From Plasmodiophora brassicae (taxonomy: Eukaryota): a DNA stretch of 64,000 nucleotides. The notes under the pieces are model-generated. The model worked only from the letters and a program-made list of their open reading frames with translations. It had not been told where the DNA came from and ran no database searches. The stretch spans positions 496,001-560,000 of the forward strand of contig CP145417.1 in assembly GCA_036867785.1 (NCBI GenBank), given 5' to 3'. A program made the translations under genes and the position numbers. Below are positions 42,756 through 52,713 of this stretch, in pieces; position 1 is the stretch's first letter; each line of letters opens with the position of its first letter.

Positions 42756-45080
42756 ATGGCGTCATCGTCGTCGTCGGCACCGCTGTCGCCCTCCTCGTCA
42801 TCATGGCTCAACGAGTGTGCCGATGATCTAATGCGGGTCGTCGCCGCCTATCGTGAAAGCCCACGCGCCGACATGGACCAAACTTCGCTGTATTTTCAAG
42901 CGATAGCGGTTTTGCCCGCTGATCGGCGGTCCGAACAGCACGCCAACATGCTAATTCAGATGTACAACGACCGACTGCGGGCCGCTGCCGATATACCTGC
43001 CTTGCCACCGCAGTACCGTCGTGGTGATCTGGCAGCCGCTGCGTCCGACACCGCCGCCCACGAGTATAACAAGTTGAGGCCGTCCATGCAGCGCAATAAG
43101 TTCCCGTTGGCGTCCCTGTCTCGGGCATATTCCCTGTCGCAATTTGGCGTCGTCTCAGACTATGCGCTGCAGCAGCTGGTTCCCAACTTCAACCGTGACG
43201 CGTATGGGAGCATCGCCTGGCAGAACGAGGTCTCAGGAGACGGCGACACAATGATGGCGTTGCTGCCAGAAGAAGACTGGTTCCCATCGCGCATGGTCAA
43301 GCGGTCGCTCGACGTCAACAACGGTGGTGATATCATCAAGAATCAGTACGTCCGGTACTGTCGGGAGGTCGCCATCGGTGTCGTCGTCGAGTTTCAGCAA
43401 TCAACCCTGAGCGGCGAGCGCCAAGAGCTGCAGTTCCACTGCCGCTTATGGGACCGGCTCCTTAACGCATTGCTGCGTCCGCTGACCAAACCGCTGTTGA
43501 CGTCGGTGTTGGAGCTGTCTATGGCCGGCGTGATTGAGGGGTACTCCCCGCAGTTCGCTGACTACGCGTGCATGCTGGCTCCGGATAACAACGATGAGGA
43601 TCGTGTCGCCAGAGCACGGCAGCTGCCTCTGCTTCTGGTCGAGGTATCGTCGCACGCCGTCGGGAACGAAGAAGATCATAAGGATTTCCGCAAATTGCTC
43701 GTCATGATGGCGGTGACGCTGCTTGCACGCATCGGTTCTGTTCGACGTCGTCCTGTCGGCGAACGGAGCAGCTTGCGCCAGTTCGGGTTGCTTGTCGGCG
43801 CGTTCCAATTCCAGCCAGTTGTCATGATTCCGATTTTTGATAACGACCACGATGCGGGCCGTGTGTCGTTCGTTGCTCGCTGCGACCCGACCTGGCGATC
43901 GTTCGTACGGACGCCTTCGCATGAAGCAGTGCAGCTCCAGGGTGTCTACAGCGACATTGAGGCGCCGCAGTCGTTGGACCGTGACAATGAGGCGTTCCTC
44001 ACGGAGTTGGCGCATCGCGTCGCATCGGCCGCCGCTGCAGTCGCTCGCACAAGACCCCCTCCTGATCCGGCGCCGCAACAAGCCGACGTCCTGAACCGGC
44101 TCCGCTCTTTGTCCTCCTTTTGCGACGCCGTGCGTCGTCAGGCCAGTGTCTTCCACGCGATGCTGTCGCATGGCGACGTCGAGGACGTGTTTCCGTACCC
44201 GACTTCGTTTGGCCCCCCACCGTCATCGCGGCCATCCACGGCGAAGCGGCCGCATTCGCAGCGGACGCCGTCGAAACAATCATGGAGTCCGCGCACGAGT
44301 TCTTCTGGTCGTCCACCGCGCAAACGCGGACGCTCCGACGGACCAAGTCGTACTCGCCAAGCTGCGTCTGTCGCACTCGTCGATGACCTCGCCGTCAAAC
44401 ACAAGATGGGCAGCGCCGCCGAAGAGCCCGCGCTCATGCGGGACTCTCAGGGCGACGGCGTCGCACGCCTGTTCGGGTCCATCGTCTTGCCGCGCAGCAA
44501 CGGCGGCGGCGTTGTTCTTGTTGAAGAGCGCCTCGACGACGTCGATTTCGGGCAGTTGTCAGTTAACGACATCGGCTTGGTGCTTGTGCGCTTCTTTATC
44601 GACGGCTTGGCCGCACTCGGCACGTTATCTCGCGCCGGCATTGTCCACCGCGACATTAACCCGAACAACATCATGTACAGCGTCGCCGTGCAAGGTTGGC
44701 GGGTGACCGATTTCGATCTGGCGTGCCGTGTGGACGACCCGCAGACGGGCGTGGAGCTGCGACCCGGTGCCGGTACCCAAGGGTACATCGCGCCGGAAGC
44801 GCTGGACGCCGGCGTCTATTCGGCGGCCTCCGACATGTGGAGCCTGGGTCGCACAGCGGCATATTTCCTGTCCTGTGCTCAGGACGAGGTGTGGAGGCGC
44901 CCCGACGCTCCCCACAAGTTCGACGACGTTCTTTGCCACCTGGAGATGATAGCGCACAACATGTCGGCACCTGAGCCCGCCCAACGCGTCGTATCGCCGA
45001 GCGTCCACGAATTCCTGGTCGACTTTCACAATGAGTTCCAGCAGAATTCTGCGGACAACGGCTTCATTGCCAGGCGATGA
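42756..45080 (+). CDS. Intronless PD-(D/E)xK REase-like domain + protein kinase (Crinkler C-terminal-type architecture)
   Basis: FADY..LLLVEVS..DHKDFRKL, then kinase LAVK, HRDINPNN, DFD, GTQGYIAPE, SDMWSLG; 774 aa. Confidence 0.7.
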   Translation: MASSSSSAPLSPSSSSWLNECADDLMRVVAAYRESPRADMDQTSLYFQAIAVLPADRRSEQHANMLIQMYNDRLRAAADIPALPPQYRRGDLAAAASDTAAHEYNKLRPSMQRNKFPLASLSRAYSLSQFGVVSDYALQQLVPNFNRDAYGSIAWQNEVSGDGDTMMALLPEEDWFPSRMVKRSLDVNNGGDIIKNQYVRYCREVAIGVVVEFQQSTLSGERQELQFHCRLWDRLLNALLRPLTKPLLTSVLELSMAGVIEGYSPQFADYACMLAPDNNDEDRVARARQLPLLLVEVSSHAVGNEEDHKDFRKLLVMMAVTLLARIGSVRRRPVGERSSLRQFGLLVGAFQFQPVVMIPIFDNDHDAGRVSFVARCDPTWRSFVRTPSHEAVQLQGVYSDIEAPQSLDRDNEAFLTELAHRVASAAAAVARTRPPPDPAPQQADVLNRLRSLSSFCDAVRRQASVFHAMLSHGDVEDVFPYPTSFGPPPSSRPSTAKRPHSQRTPSKQSWSPRTSSSGRPPRKRGRSDGPSRTRQAASVALVDDLAVKHKMGSAAEEPALMRDSQGDGVARLFGSIVLPRSNGGGVVLVEERLDDVDFGQLSVNDIGLVLVRFFIDGLAALGTLSRAGIVHRDINPNNIMYSVAVQGWRVTDFDLACRVDDPQTGVELRPGAGTQGYIAPEALDAGVYSAASDMWSLGRTAAYFLSCAQDEVWRRPDAPHKFDDVLCHLEMIAHNMSAPEPAQRVVSPSVHEFLVDFHNEFQQNSADNGFIARR

Positions 45081-46207
45081 GTCTCCTCGGTCACCCGCAC
45101 ACCATCGCTTGTCGTCATCGCCAGGGCACCACTCTCTCGGGCTTTTCAGTTCGATACAACAATCCGTCTTCCCGTCCGGTCGCATTTCACGCAGGACAAG
45201 GGCCCCTTGTGGGCTACCACTACCTGACTTCGTGGATCGATCGTGTGACGGTAGTGACTCTCTGCTTTGTGCACTGTGAGGCACGCCGAAACGTCCGAGC
45301 AAGAAGCAGGGCGCGGCTGCAAAGAGCATCCATGGGTTTAAAAATTAGAGTGGAGCATTTTACAGCCTCTAGAGTGTTGATTTAAACCTGCTCGGCGGTG
45401 AGTACAGAGATGGGCCGATTTGCTGGCGACGGTGAAGGAGTGGTTGGTGATCCGACTTGCGCGTTCGGTTGCGCGAGGCCCCCATGAAAGACATCGGCGA
45501 CGGATTCGACTAGCGTGTGTTGGATATCCGATCGCATTGCCAAAGCCTCGAGTGTGTACCGCACGGCCAGGGCCTGCGCTAGCGTCATTTTCTCGACAAT
45601 GAACAGGACCGCAGCTAACTGCACGACTTTCGCCTCGGTGGGGCGCACCGGCGCAAACACGTTGAAGCGCTTGTCTGCAAACGCCAGGCCGGCGAACGAC
45701 GTCGGTGCAATACCGTGCGGCGGGCGATCAGCGCCAGCATCGTCCGGCGAACCGCTGCCGTATAGCATTTGATGTGCGTGAAGGCTGGCGGCGGGCGGAG
45801 ACGCAGGCATCTTTGTCAACCGGTGACCGGCCTCGCTGATGATCGGATGACGCAGCTCAGGGAACATGTACGGCGGACGGCGTTCGACCAACGATCGTGT
45901 CGAAGCGTCTTTCCGCATAATCCAACTTTTGTTACAATTGTCGTCTGGATGGGCTGAAACCATCTGTATGCTCCTCGCGTCGTGTTCTATTCGAATCTGT
46001 TGGTCAGACCTCCCTGCGTGCAATATTTAAAAAGATATTGCAGTTTGTATTTGCGACACGATTGCGTCGAAAACTCCGAAGCCATAAAGGGTTAATCTTT
46101 CGATGTTTTACAAATCGCGGTATTTTTGTGAAACAGAGGGAGTACGTAGCAACCGGCCATTCGACGGGCTCACGACAACGGCCACTTCAGCGGGGTCGTT
46201 CGCCATG

Positions 46208-47419
46208 TACTTACGGTGGAAACAAATATTTGCATCACTCGGAAGAAATACTTGGATCACGAGGAAGAAATTGTTGCATCAACAGGAAGAAACAAGTGGG
46301 TCACGCGGAAAAAAATGTTTGCATCATCCCGAAGAAATATGTGGATCAACGGTCAAAAATTAATGGATCACGGGGAGCCGCCGTTAGCGGGCGACGACGA
46401 GGCGGCCACCTCAGCATCGAACGCTGCAGCGCAGCAACGTAGCTCGAGAGGTACACCTGCATGTTAGTACCAACATTTGGAAGTTGGCTTACAGGATCCA
46501 TCGTCTGCAGCTCGGTGCGGCCGTCCGGCGAAGAACCCAGAAAGCATCCCGCGGCTGGATCCAACCATCGCGTGTGATCCACGAGTCGCAGACATCCGGT
46601 TCACCCCAGCGGTTTCCGGTACCCTAAACGCTGCCAATCAGCGACGACTTGATGAACAACGACGAATTGCTCGAGAGAAAAGCCGGCAACATGCATTGCA
46701 ACAATTTCAGCAACTCCAGTGTGTAGCTGATCACGTTCGCGCGGTCGCCAACAGGAAAATCGAACGCTACAGGTTGATATCGGAACGCGAACGAGCATTT
46801 GCTGAAGAGTTGTCCCAGTGGCAAGTTAAACTGATAGCGGGTGACGGTTCATATTGGGAAGGCGACTATGAAGCGATGTCTACTGGATGAGGTGAACCGC
46901 ATATCAATTGACGATATTCGGCGAACGTACGACCATATGAGGGAGTTCCTCGCGTACTGTAAGGATAGACGACCCGTCTTCACGCAGAAGCTCTACGAGT
47001 CGGCGCATCACGGAGATGAAGCGCGCACGTGCCCAGCCCTCTCTGTCGATGTCGAGGATCTGCTGAACAGTTACTTGCCGCAGTTCTATGACGAGTTTAC
47101 TCCAGCTGGCTGTCAGCATTTGCGCGAAGTGTTCGGTTGTTCGCGCTTGACGAAGGAGTTTGTCGAGAAGTTCTGCGACGGTCAGGTTCATGCAACGCAG
47201 TTAGAAGAAGATGCTGCTCACGAAGGTGTTCCGAATGATCCAAAGTCACCATTCACTGAAAGGCCCACGTTATCGCCATGACGGAAAAAATAAATGGATC
47301 ATGATCCACACGTTTTTTCCGCTTGATCCACTTGTTTCTTCCTGTTGATGCAACTATTTTTTCCTCGTGATCCAAATATTTCTTCCGAGTGATGCAAATA
47401 TTTGTTTCCACCGTAAGTA
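46208..47419. mobile_element. Non-autonomous TIR element (Tc1/mariner-like ends, TA flanks) with ~22-bp subterminal repeats
   Basis: TACTTACGGTGGAAACAAATATTTGCATCA at 46208 is inverted at 47419; repeat GGAAGAAAnAnnTG(G/C)ATCA occurs about 7 times on the left and 5-6 times on the right. Confidence 0.8.
46363..47281 (+). CDS. Hypothetical cargo gene inside the TIR element (coiled-coil, no DDE motif)
   Basis: ATG in the last left repeat, intron ~46451-46492, ORFs 46477-46890 and 46841-47281; second junction uncertain. Confidence 0.45.
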
Positions 47420-47557
47420 GCAACATATGACTGTACAAACGGCAAAATTTGCACCGCGTCAACTGGGAACTGTTACCACATTTGGACCGCGTCAACTGGA
47501 AAGTGTCACCAGACATCAGCGCCACCAATATGACCCGGACCTACACCACGTTTAAAC

Positions 47558-48628
47558 ATGGCTGGCAAGCGGGCCTCAGGCAAAGATTGTATGGAAACTC
47601 GAGACATTACTGGAAAACGCCTACGAACAGACGGATCTGCGTCGTCCACTTCCTCTGCCGTTTCACCGCTCCTGACGACGTTGAAACATGCCAAGGCAAT
47701 GTCATCCGCGACATCCGCCAGGACGACACTGACCTCCAGGGACGCCGCCATGCTTTGACGTGTGTCGCCCATGAATCCCACAACAGCTTGGAGAATAATG
47801 GGATGTTCCAACATTTTCCCTAATTCGTTTCCGTGCTCATCCGTCCAAAGCATGGCGGCGTCCCTGGAGGTCAGTGTCGTCCTGGCGGATGTCGCGGATG
47901 GCATTGCCTTGACTGTGAAAAGAACGCCAATTGGTGGCAGCTTGCAGCTGCTCGCCATAGAGTGTGAAACCGGCCTGATGCAGGGTACACTGCACACGAT
48001 TGCGAATTTGAACGGGTATCGGTGATGTAGGGTCGCCCCATACTGATAGCGCTATCGTTCTCTGTGTCAGTACAATACCGATATCTGCGTTATCGGCATC
48101 GTAAGGCGAGACGGCATTGTCGTGGAGCGTGTTCAAGACGTCAGATAAATGTTCCGGATTCTGGGCCTCATCGATATCCAGGTCCGCACTGGACGTGCAT
48201 TTGGTCCTGAGAATGGACGGATGAGCACGGAAACGAAGGGAAGGCGTTGGAACATATCCCATTCTTCTCCAAGGTGCTGTGGGATCCATGGGCGACACAC
48301 GTCATTCATCAGGACCAAATGCACGCCCAGTGCGGACCTGGATATCGATGAGGCCCAGAATCCGGAACATTTATCTGACGTCTTGAACACGCTCCACGAC
48401 AATGCCGTCTCGCCTTACGATGCCGATAACGCAGATATCGGTATTGTACTGACACAGAGAACGATAGCGCTATCAGTATGGGGCGACCCTACATCACCGA
48501 TACCCGTCCAAATTGGCAATCGTGTACAATGTACCCTGCATCAGGGTTTCACACGCTATGGTGAGCAGCTACAAGCTGCCACCAATTTTTTGACAGTCAT
48601 TAGCAATCATTCGCTTGATGTTGAATAA
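47558..48628 (+). pseudogene. RPA-like OB-fold gene scrambled by an internal inverted duplication
   Basis: Reassembled reading MAGKR..DAAML WTDEHG..PIILQAVVGFMGD..SFIRTK..TIALSVWGD..VQIGNRVQ..FTRYGEQL resembles an RPA70-type OB fold; segment order A B' A' C' B C. Confidence 0.5.
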
Positions 48629-48897
48629 ATAACACACACATGTTTGCTACAGCTTCATTCGAAGGGTGACTCATGGTAGGGGCCCCGGCCCCCTACTCGG
48701 TCAGCTAGCTATAAGTTCGGTGCTATGGTGCATGGAGAGCCGTCGTCGACGATGACACACCTCGTGGCATCATTCCTGCCGGACCAAAGAAAGGGGGGCC
48801 CGCTGCTGTCCTAGGGTACGTAGGCGTTTGCATCCAATGGCAACTCAATAAAATCCTACGCGTTCGTAATCCCTCATTGGTGTATCGCTGCCCGCTG

Positions 48898-50685
48898 CTA
48901 GTCGTCGACGGTGCTTTCGCCCGACGACATGGTCATCGTGTGCGCTCCTTGGCCGAACTTGTCGCGCGCTTCCTCTCGTCTCGATCGTCGCATGGACGCG
49001 GTCGCAGGTCGTTGTGGCAACGAGTGTGCGGGCGCCGTGTAACCGCTACTGGGCCCAGGCGTTCCCTGTTGGCAATCCTGAGTACGCCATCGTGGTCCGG
49101 CCCCGTCGGCAACACGGTGCGCACTTACGATCATGCTAAGCGACGCGGGTGTGAAGTACAGCGCAGACGCAGAAGGAACGTGCAGGGCGATGGGCATCGG
49201 GTGAGGGTTCGTGTACAGAGCCTGCGGATTGGACGCCGCCGGTTCCCGTTTCCGGCGCCTCATGCAACACGCGATGACGATCGCCAGGATCAGCCCTGCG
49301 GCACATCCACCGAGCGCCACGATGATTGCCGACGACGGCAGCAACCAGCTCCCAGCCCCCGACGAAGCGGTTCCTCCTGTGGGCGCAGGCCCTGGTCGTG
49401 GTCCCCGGCCAAGAGCGGTTGTCGATGGAGCCACCCGTCGCGAGACCCTGCTGGTACTGACCGGGGCATTGTTTGTCGTCGGAACGGGTTTCCTGCTCGA
49501 CGCTGCTTTCCTGCCCGCCTGTTGTGTTGGCACGATCGCCTGTCTTGTTCCGGGTCGTGTGCCCGACCGCATCACGGCTGTGGTCGCTCGGCGACTGGTG
49601 GTCCTTGGATCAGGCGTACTGCGACGACGTGTCTTCGGCGACGTCGTGGTGGTGGTGGAAGTCAGCGTCTGGTTGCACTGCACAACGACGGCGAGCCATT
49701 TGCGAACGCCAGGTGCCGGATCGGGCGCGAAGGTCGTCCCGTTGGCCTGCAGCGTGCACGACGCTCTGCTTAAGCACCGCTGCTGAACAATGGCCAGGCT
49801 GGCGGTGGCGTGCACGGTGCCGACGGTGAACGACGGGAAGTCGCCCTGCGGCGTCCCGTACGACGCGAACAGGACGCGCGTGACCCTGGAGCCGCTCACC
49901 GGGCACGACACGGTCAGCAGGCCGTTCGTCGCCGGGGCCGGTTCGGGGACATCGGGCGCATTCGGCAACCAATCGTAGGCGAACCCGCCGGCCAGGTTCC
50001 CGCTGACCCGCTGCGACGGTTGCCCACTGCTGAACGGCATGGGCGGCGGCGCTGTCGATGATCTCGTTACGTTCAGCTCTGCGACGCTCAGCGCCCGGTC
50101 GTACAGCGTCACGTTGTGCAGGACGACCAGGGCGGTCTGGATCGCGACGTCGGTGCTGAACACGGCGGACGGCCTCAGGGGCAGCGCCTGCCCGTTCGTA
50201 TTGCCCGGCAGCAGCGTTAGGGCGGCGGTGGCGTTCGCCGCATAGTACAGGGCGAGTTCCTGGGCGGCCGTGTTGTCGATGACGACGGCCAGGAACATCC
50301 ACTGGCCGAATCCAGCGGCCTGGACGGCGGCGGGCGTGATGGCGCCGTAGTTCGAGCCCGCCCAGTTCGTGCTGACGTGCAGGCGGTTGGGCAGGACGAG
50401 GTACACGGCCGGCAGTCGCGAATCGTCGCTGGGCGTCGTCGGCGTACGCACGTTGAACAGACTGAGGTAGGCCGACGCGCTCGGGCTCAGCAGCTGGTTC
50501 CACGGGTCCAGGTAGACCCACATTGTGAACGTGAACGCCGACGTCGGCGACTGGGCGTACGGGGGCGCGCCCGGCGCGACGAACCCGCGCCACGTGCGCG
50601 TCCGGTTCACCATCGTCCAGCGGCCGGCCCCGGCAGCCATCACCGACAGGAACGCGATCGACACGCACAGGCAGAGCGGCGACAT
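48898..50685 (-). CDS. LamG + SUEL lectin type I membrane protein, copy B
   Basis: Signal peptide; FTFTMWVY..GQWMFLAV..LYDRALS (LamG/ConA-like); FASYGTPQG..DPAPGVRKWLAV (SUEL); T/R-rich stalk; TM; cytoplasmic tail. Confidence 0.85.
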   Translation of the reverse strand: MSPLCLCVSIAFLSVMAAGAGRWTMVNRTRTWRGFVAPGAPPYAQSPTSAFTFTMWVYLDPWNQLLSPSASAYLSLFNVRTPTTPSDDSRLPAVYLVLPNRLHVSTNWAGSNYGAITPAAVQAAGFGQWMFLAVVIDNTAAQELALYYAANATAALTLLPGNTNGQALPLRPSAVFSTDVAIQTALVVLHNVTLYDRALSVAELNVTRSSTAPPPMPFSSGQPSQRVSGNLAGGFAYDWLPNAPDVPEPAPATNGLLTVSCPVSGSRVTRVLFASYGTPQGDFPSFTVGTVHATASLAIVQQRCLSRASCTLQANGTTFAPDPAPGVRKWLAVVVQCNQTLTSTTTTTSPKTRRRSTPDPRTTSRRATTAVMRSGTRPGTRQAIVPTQQAGRKAASSRKPVPTTNNAPVSTSRVSRRVAPSTTALGRGPRPGPAPTGGTASSGAGSWLLPSSAIIVALGGCAAGLILAIVIACCMRRRKREPAASNPQALYTNPHPMPIALHVPSASALYFTPASLSMIVSAHRVADGAGPRWRTQDCQQGTPGPSSGYTAPAHSLPQRPATASMRRSRREEARDKFGQGAHTMTMSSGESTVDD

Positions 50686-50774
50686 AACCGTGTGCGTGTG
50701 TATGTGTACCGGTTGCGATCGTCGTGGTTAACGGCGGGCACCGGTCTGCTGGACGCGTGCGCGTGTCGCCCGAC

Positions 50775-52591
50775 CTACAACTCGACGCTGCTCTCGTCCG
50801 ACGTCGTCGTCGTCGTGTACGCGCCCTGGTCGAACTTGTCGCGCGCCTGCTCCCGTCTCGATCGCCGCGCCGACGTCCACCGCGCTGTCGGATTCGGGGC
50901 CGTCGCCGCCGAGTGACGTCCTGACCCTGTCGTCCCCTGTCGAACGTGTCAGGCGGGTGCCGCTTGCGGGTTCGACAACGCGGACGTACGCTGGCGTCCA
51001 GCGATGCGGCCGGGAAGTAGCGCGGGTAGGGCACAGCAGGGGACGACGGCGCCTGCATGACGATGGGCCATTGCGGCTGCCGGCCCAGGTACGCGGCGAC
51101 CGGCATCGTCATGCGCTGCTGCCGGCGACACTTCAGGGCGTACGCGACGGTGATCGCCAGGAGCAGCACGGCGACGCACGCCAGGAACACCGCCACCGTC
51201 GTCGGTTTCGACAGCGGCCAGCCGCCCGTGTCGGAGGCGGTACCGGCGGGTCCCCCTGATGGCGGCACCGGCATCGCTCGGGGCCCCATACCGGCCACCG
51301 ACGTCGCCGCAACGCTCAAGTGAGGCACAGGTCGCGAGCCACGTCTGACGGCGCCGCCCGTTGCAGGACCGCTCGCCACCCGTGCGAGCGCCCTCGTCGT
51401 CGACCTCACCAGGAACGTCAGGGTCGGCTGCTTTGTTCCACGTTGCCGACTGGACACCCTCGCTCGCCGGGACGACGGGTTCGTCCTAGGGGTGGCCGGC
51501 GGCGGGATCGTCGTGTGCCGACGAATGCTGGTCGGCGACATCGCCCTTCTGGTTGTCGCCCGCCCATTGCACTGGACGACAACGGCGAACCACTTGCGAA
51601 CGTCGGGTGCGGGGTCGGGCGCGAACGTCGTATCGTTGGCCTGCAGCGTGCACGACGTTCTGCTTAAGCACCGCTGCTGAACGACGGCCAGGCTGGCGTT
51701 CGCGTGCACGGGCCCGATCGTGAACGACGGGAAGTCCCCTTGTGGCGTCCCGTACGACGCGAACAGGACGCGCGTGATCCTCGTGCCGCTCACAGGGCAC
51801 AGCACGGTCAGCAGGCCGTTCGTGGCGGGCGCCGGCTCGGGGAACAGCGGCGAGTTGGACACCCATTCGTAGACGAACCCGCCGGCCAGGTTCCCGCTGG
51901 CCTGGTACGACGACTGCCCGCTCGTGAACGGCATCGGCGGCGGCGCCGTCGTCGACTTGACCTGGTCCAGCGCCGGCGCGCTCAGCGCCCGGTCGTACAG
52001 CGTCACGTTGTGCAGGACGACCAGGGCGGTCTGGATCTGAAAGTCGGTGCTGAACACGGCGGACGTCCTCAGGGGCAGCGCCTGCCCGTTCGTGTTGCCC
52101 GGCAGCAGCGTCAGGGCGGTGGTGGCGTTCGCCGCGTAGTACAGGGCGACTTGCTGGGCGGCCGTGTTGTCGATGACGACGGCCAGGAACATCCACTGGC
52201 CGAGCCAGGCGGCCTGGACGGAGGCGGGCGTGATGGCGCCGTAGCTGTCGCCCGCCCAGTTCGTGCTGACGTGCAGGCTGGCGGGCAGGCAGACGTAGAC
52301 GGCCGGCAGACGCGAATAGTCGTTCGCCGCTGTCGACCGCACGGTGAACAGGCTCAGGTAGGGCCACCCGCCCTGGTTCAGGCGCTGGTTCCACGGGTCC
52401 AGGTACGCCCACATCGTGAACGTGAACGCCGGCGACGCCGGCGACTCGGCATAGGGCGGCGGGCCCGGCGCGATGAACGCGCGCCACATTCGCGTCCGGT
52501 TCACGATCGTCCAGTGGCCGGCGCCGGCAGGTGCCGACAGCAACGACAACAACGGGATCGCCGCCCAGACGGACACCCATAGGCGCGACAT
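50775..52591 (-). CDS. LamG + SUEL lectin type I membrane protein, copy C
   Basis: Starts MSRLWVSV at 52591; same domains; intron in the tail; ends REQARDKF..SSVEL* at 50775. Confidence 0.85.
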
Positions 52592-52713
52592 GATGTGGCG
52601 TACTACGATCGGGTACGTTGTAGGGCCACTATTGGTGCGGTTCCTTGGTGGACGACGGGGTGCTTGCACAATACGACGTGTGTAGGTTATCGGTGACGAA
52701 CAGACCGACGCCG

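Larger units (their letters stand above)
29329..48708 (+). mobile_element. Putative large non-autonomous Helitron with nested and captured content
   Basis: A|TCTCTTATACTAAAA at 29328-29343; Helitron-type N-terminal fragments near the start; OB-fold gene near the end; GC hairpin 48676-48696 followed by CTAG 48705-48708. The base after CTAG is C rather than the canonical T. Confidence 0.4.

Noticed and set aside
45382-46023. 213-aa minus-strand ORF next to the kinase
   Set aside because: Non-ATG start, no recognisable motif; cannot be supported as a gene or antitoxin.
46214-46372. CRISPR-like array
   Set aside because: Units are contiguous with no unique spacers, mirrored as a TIR, and there are no cas genes; eukaryotic context.
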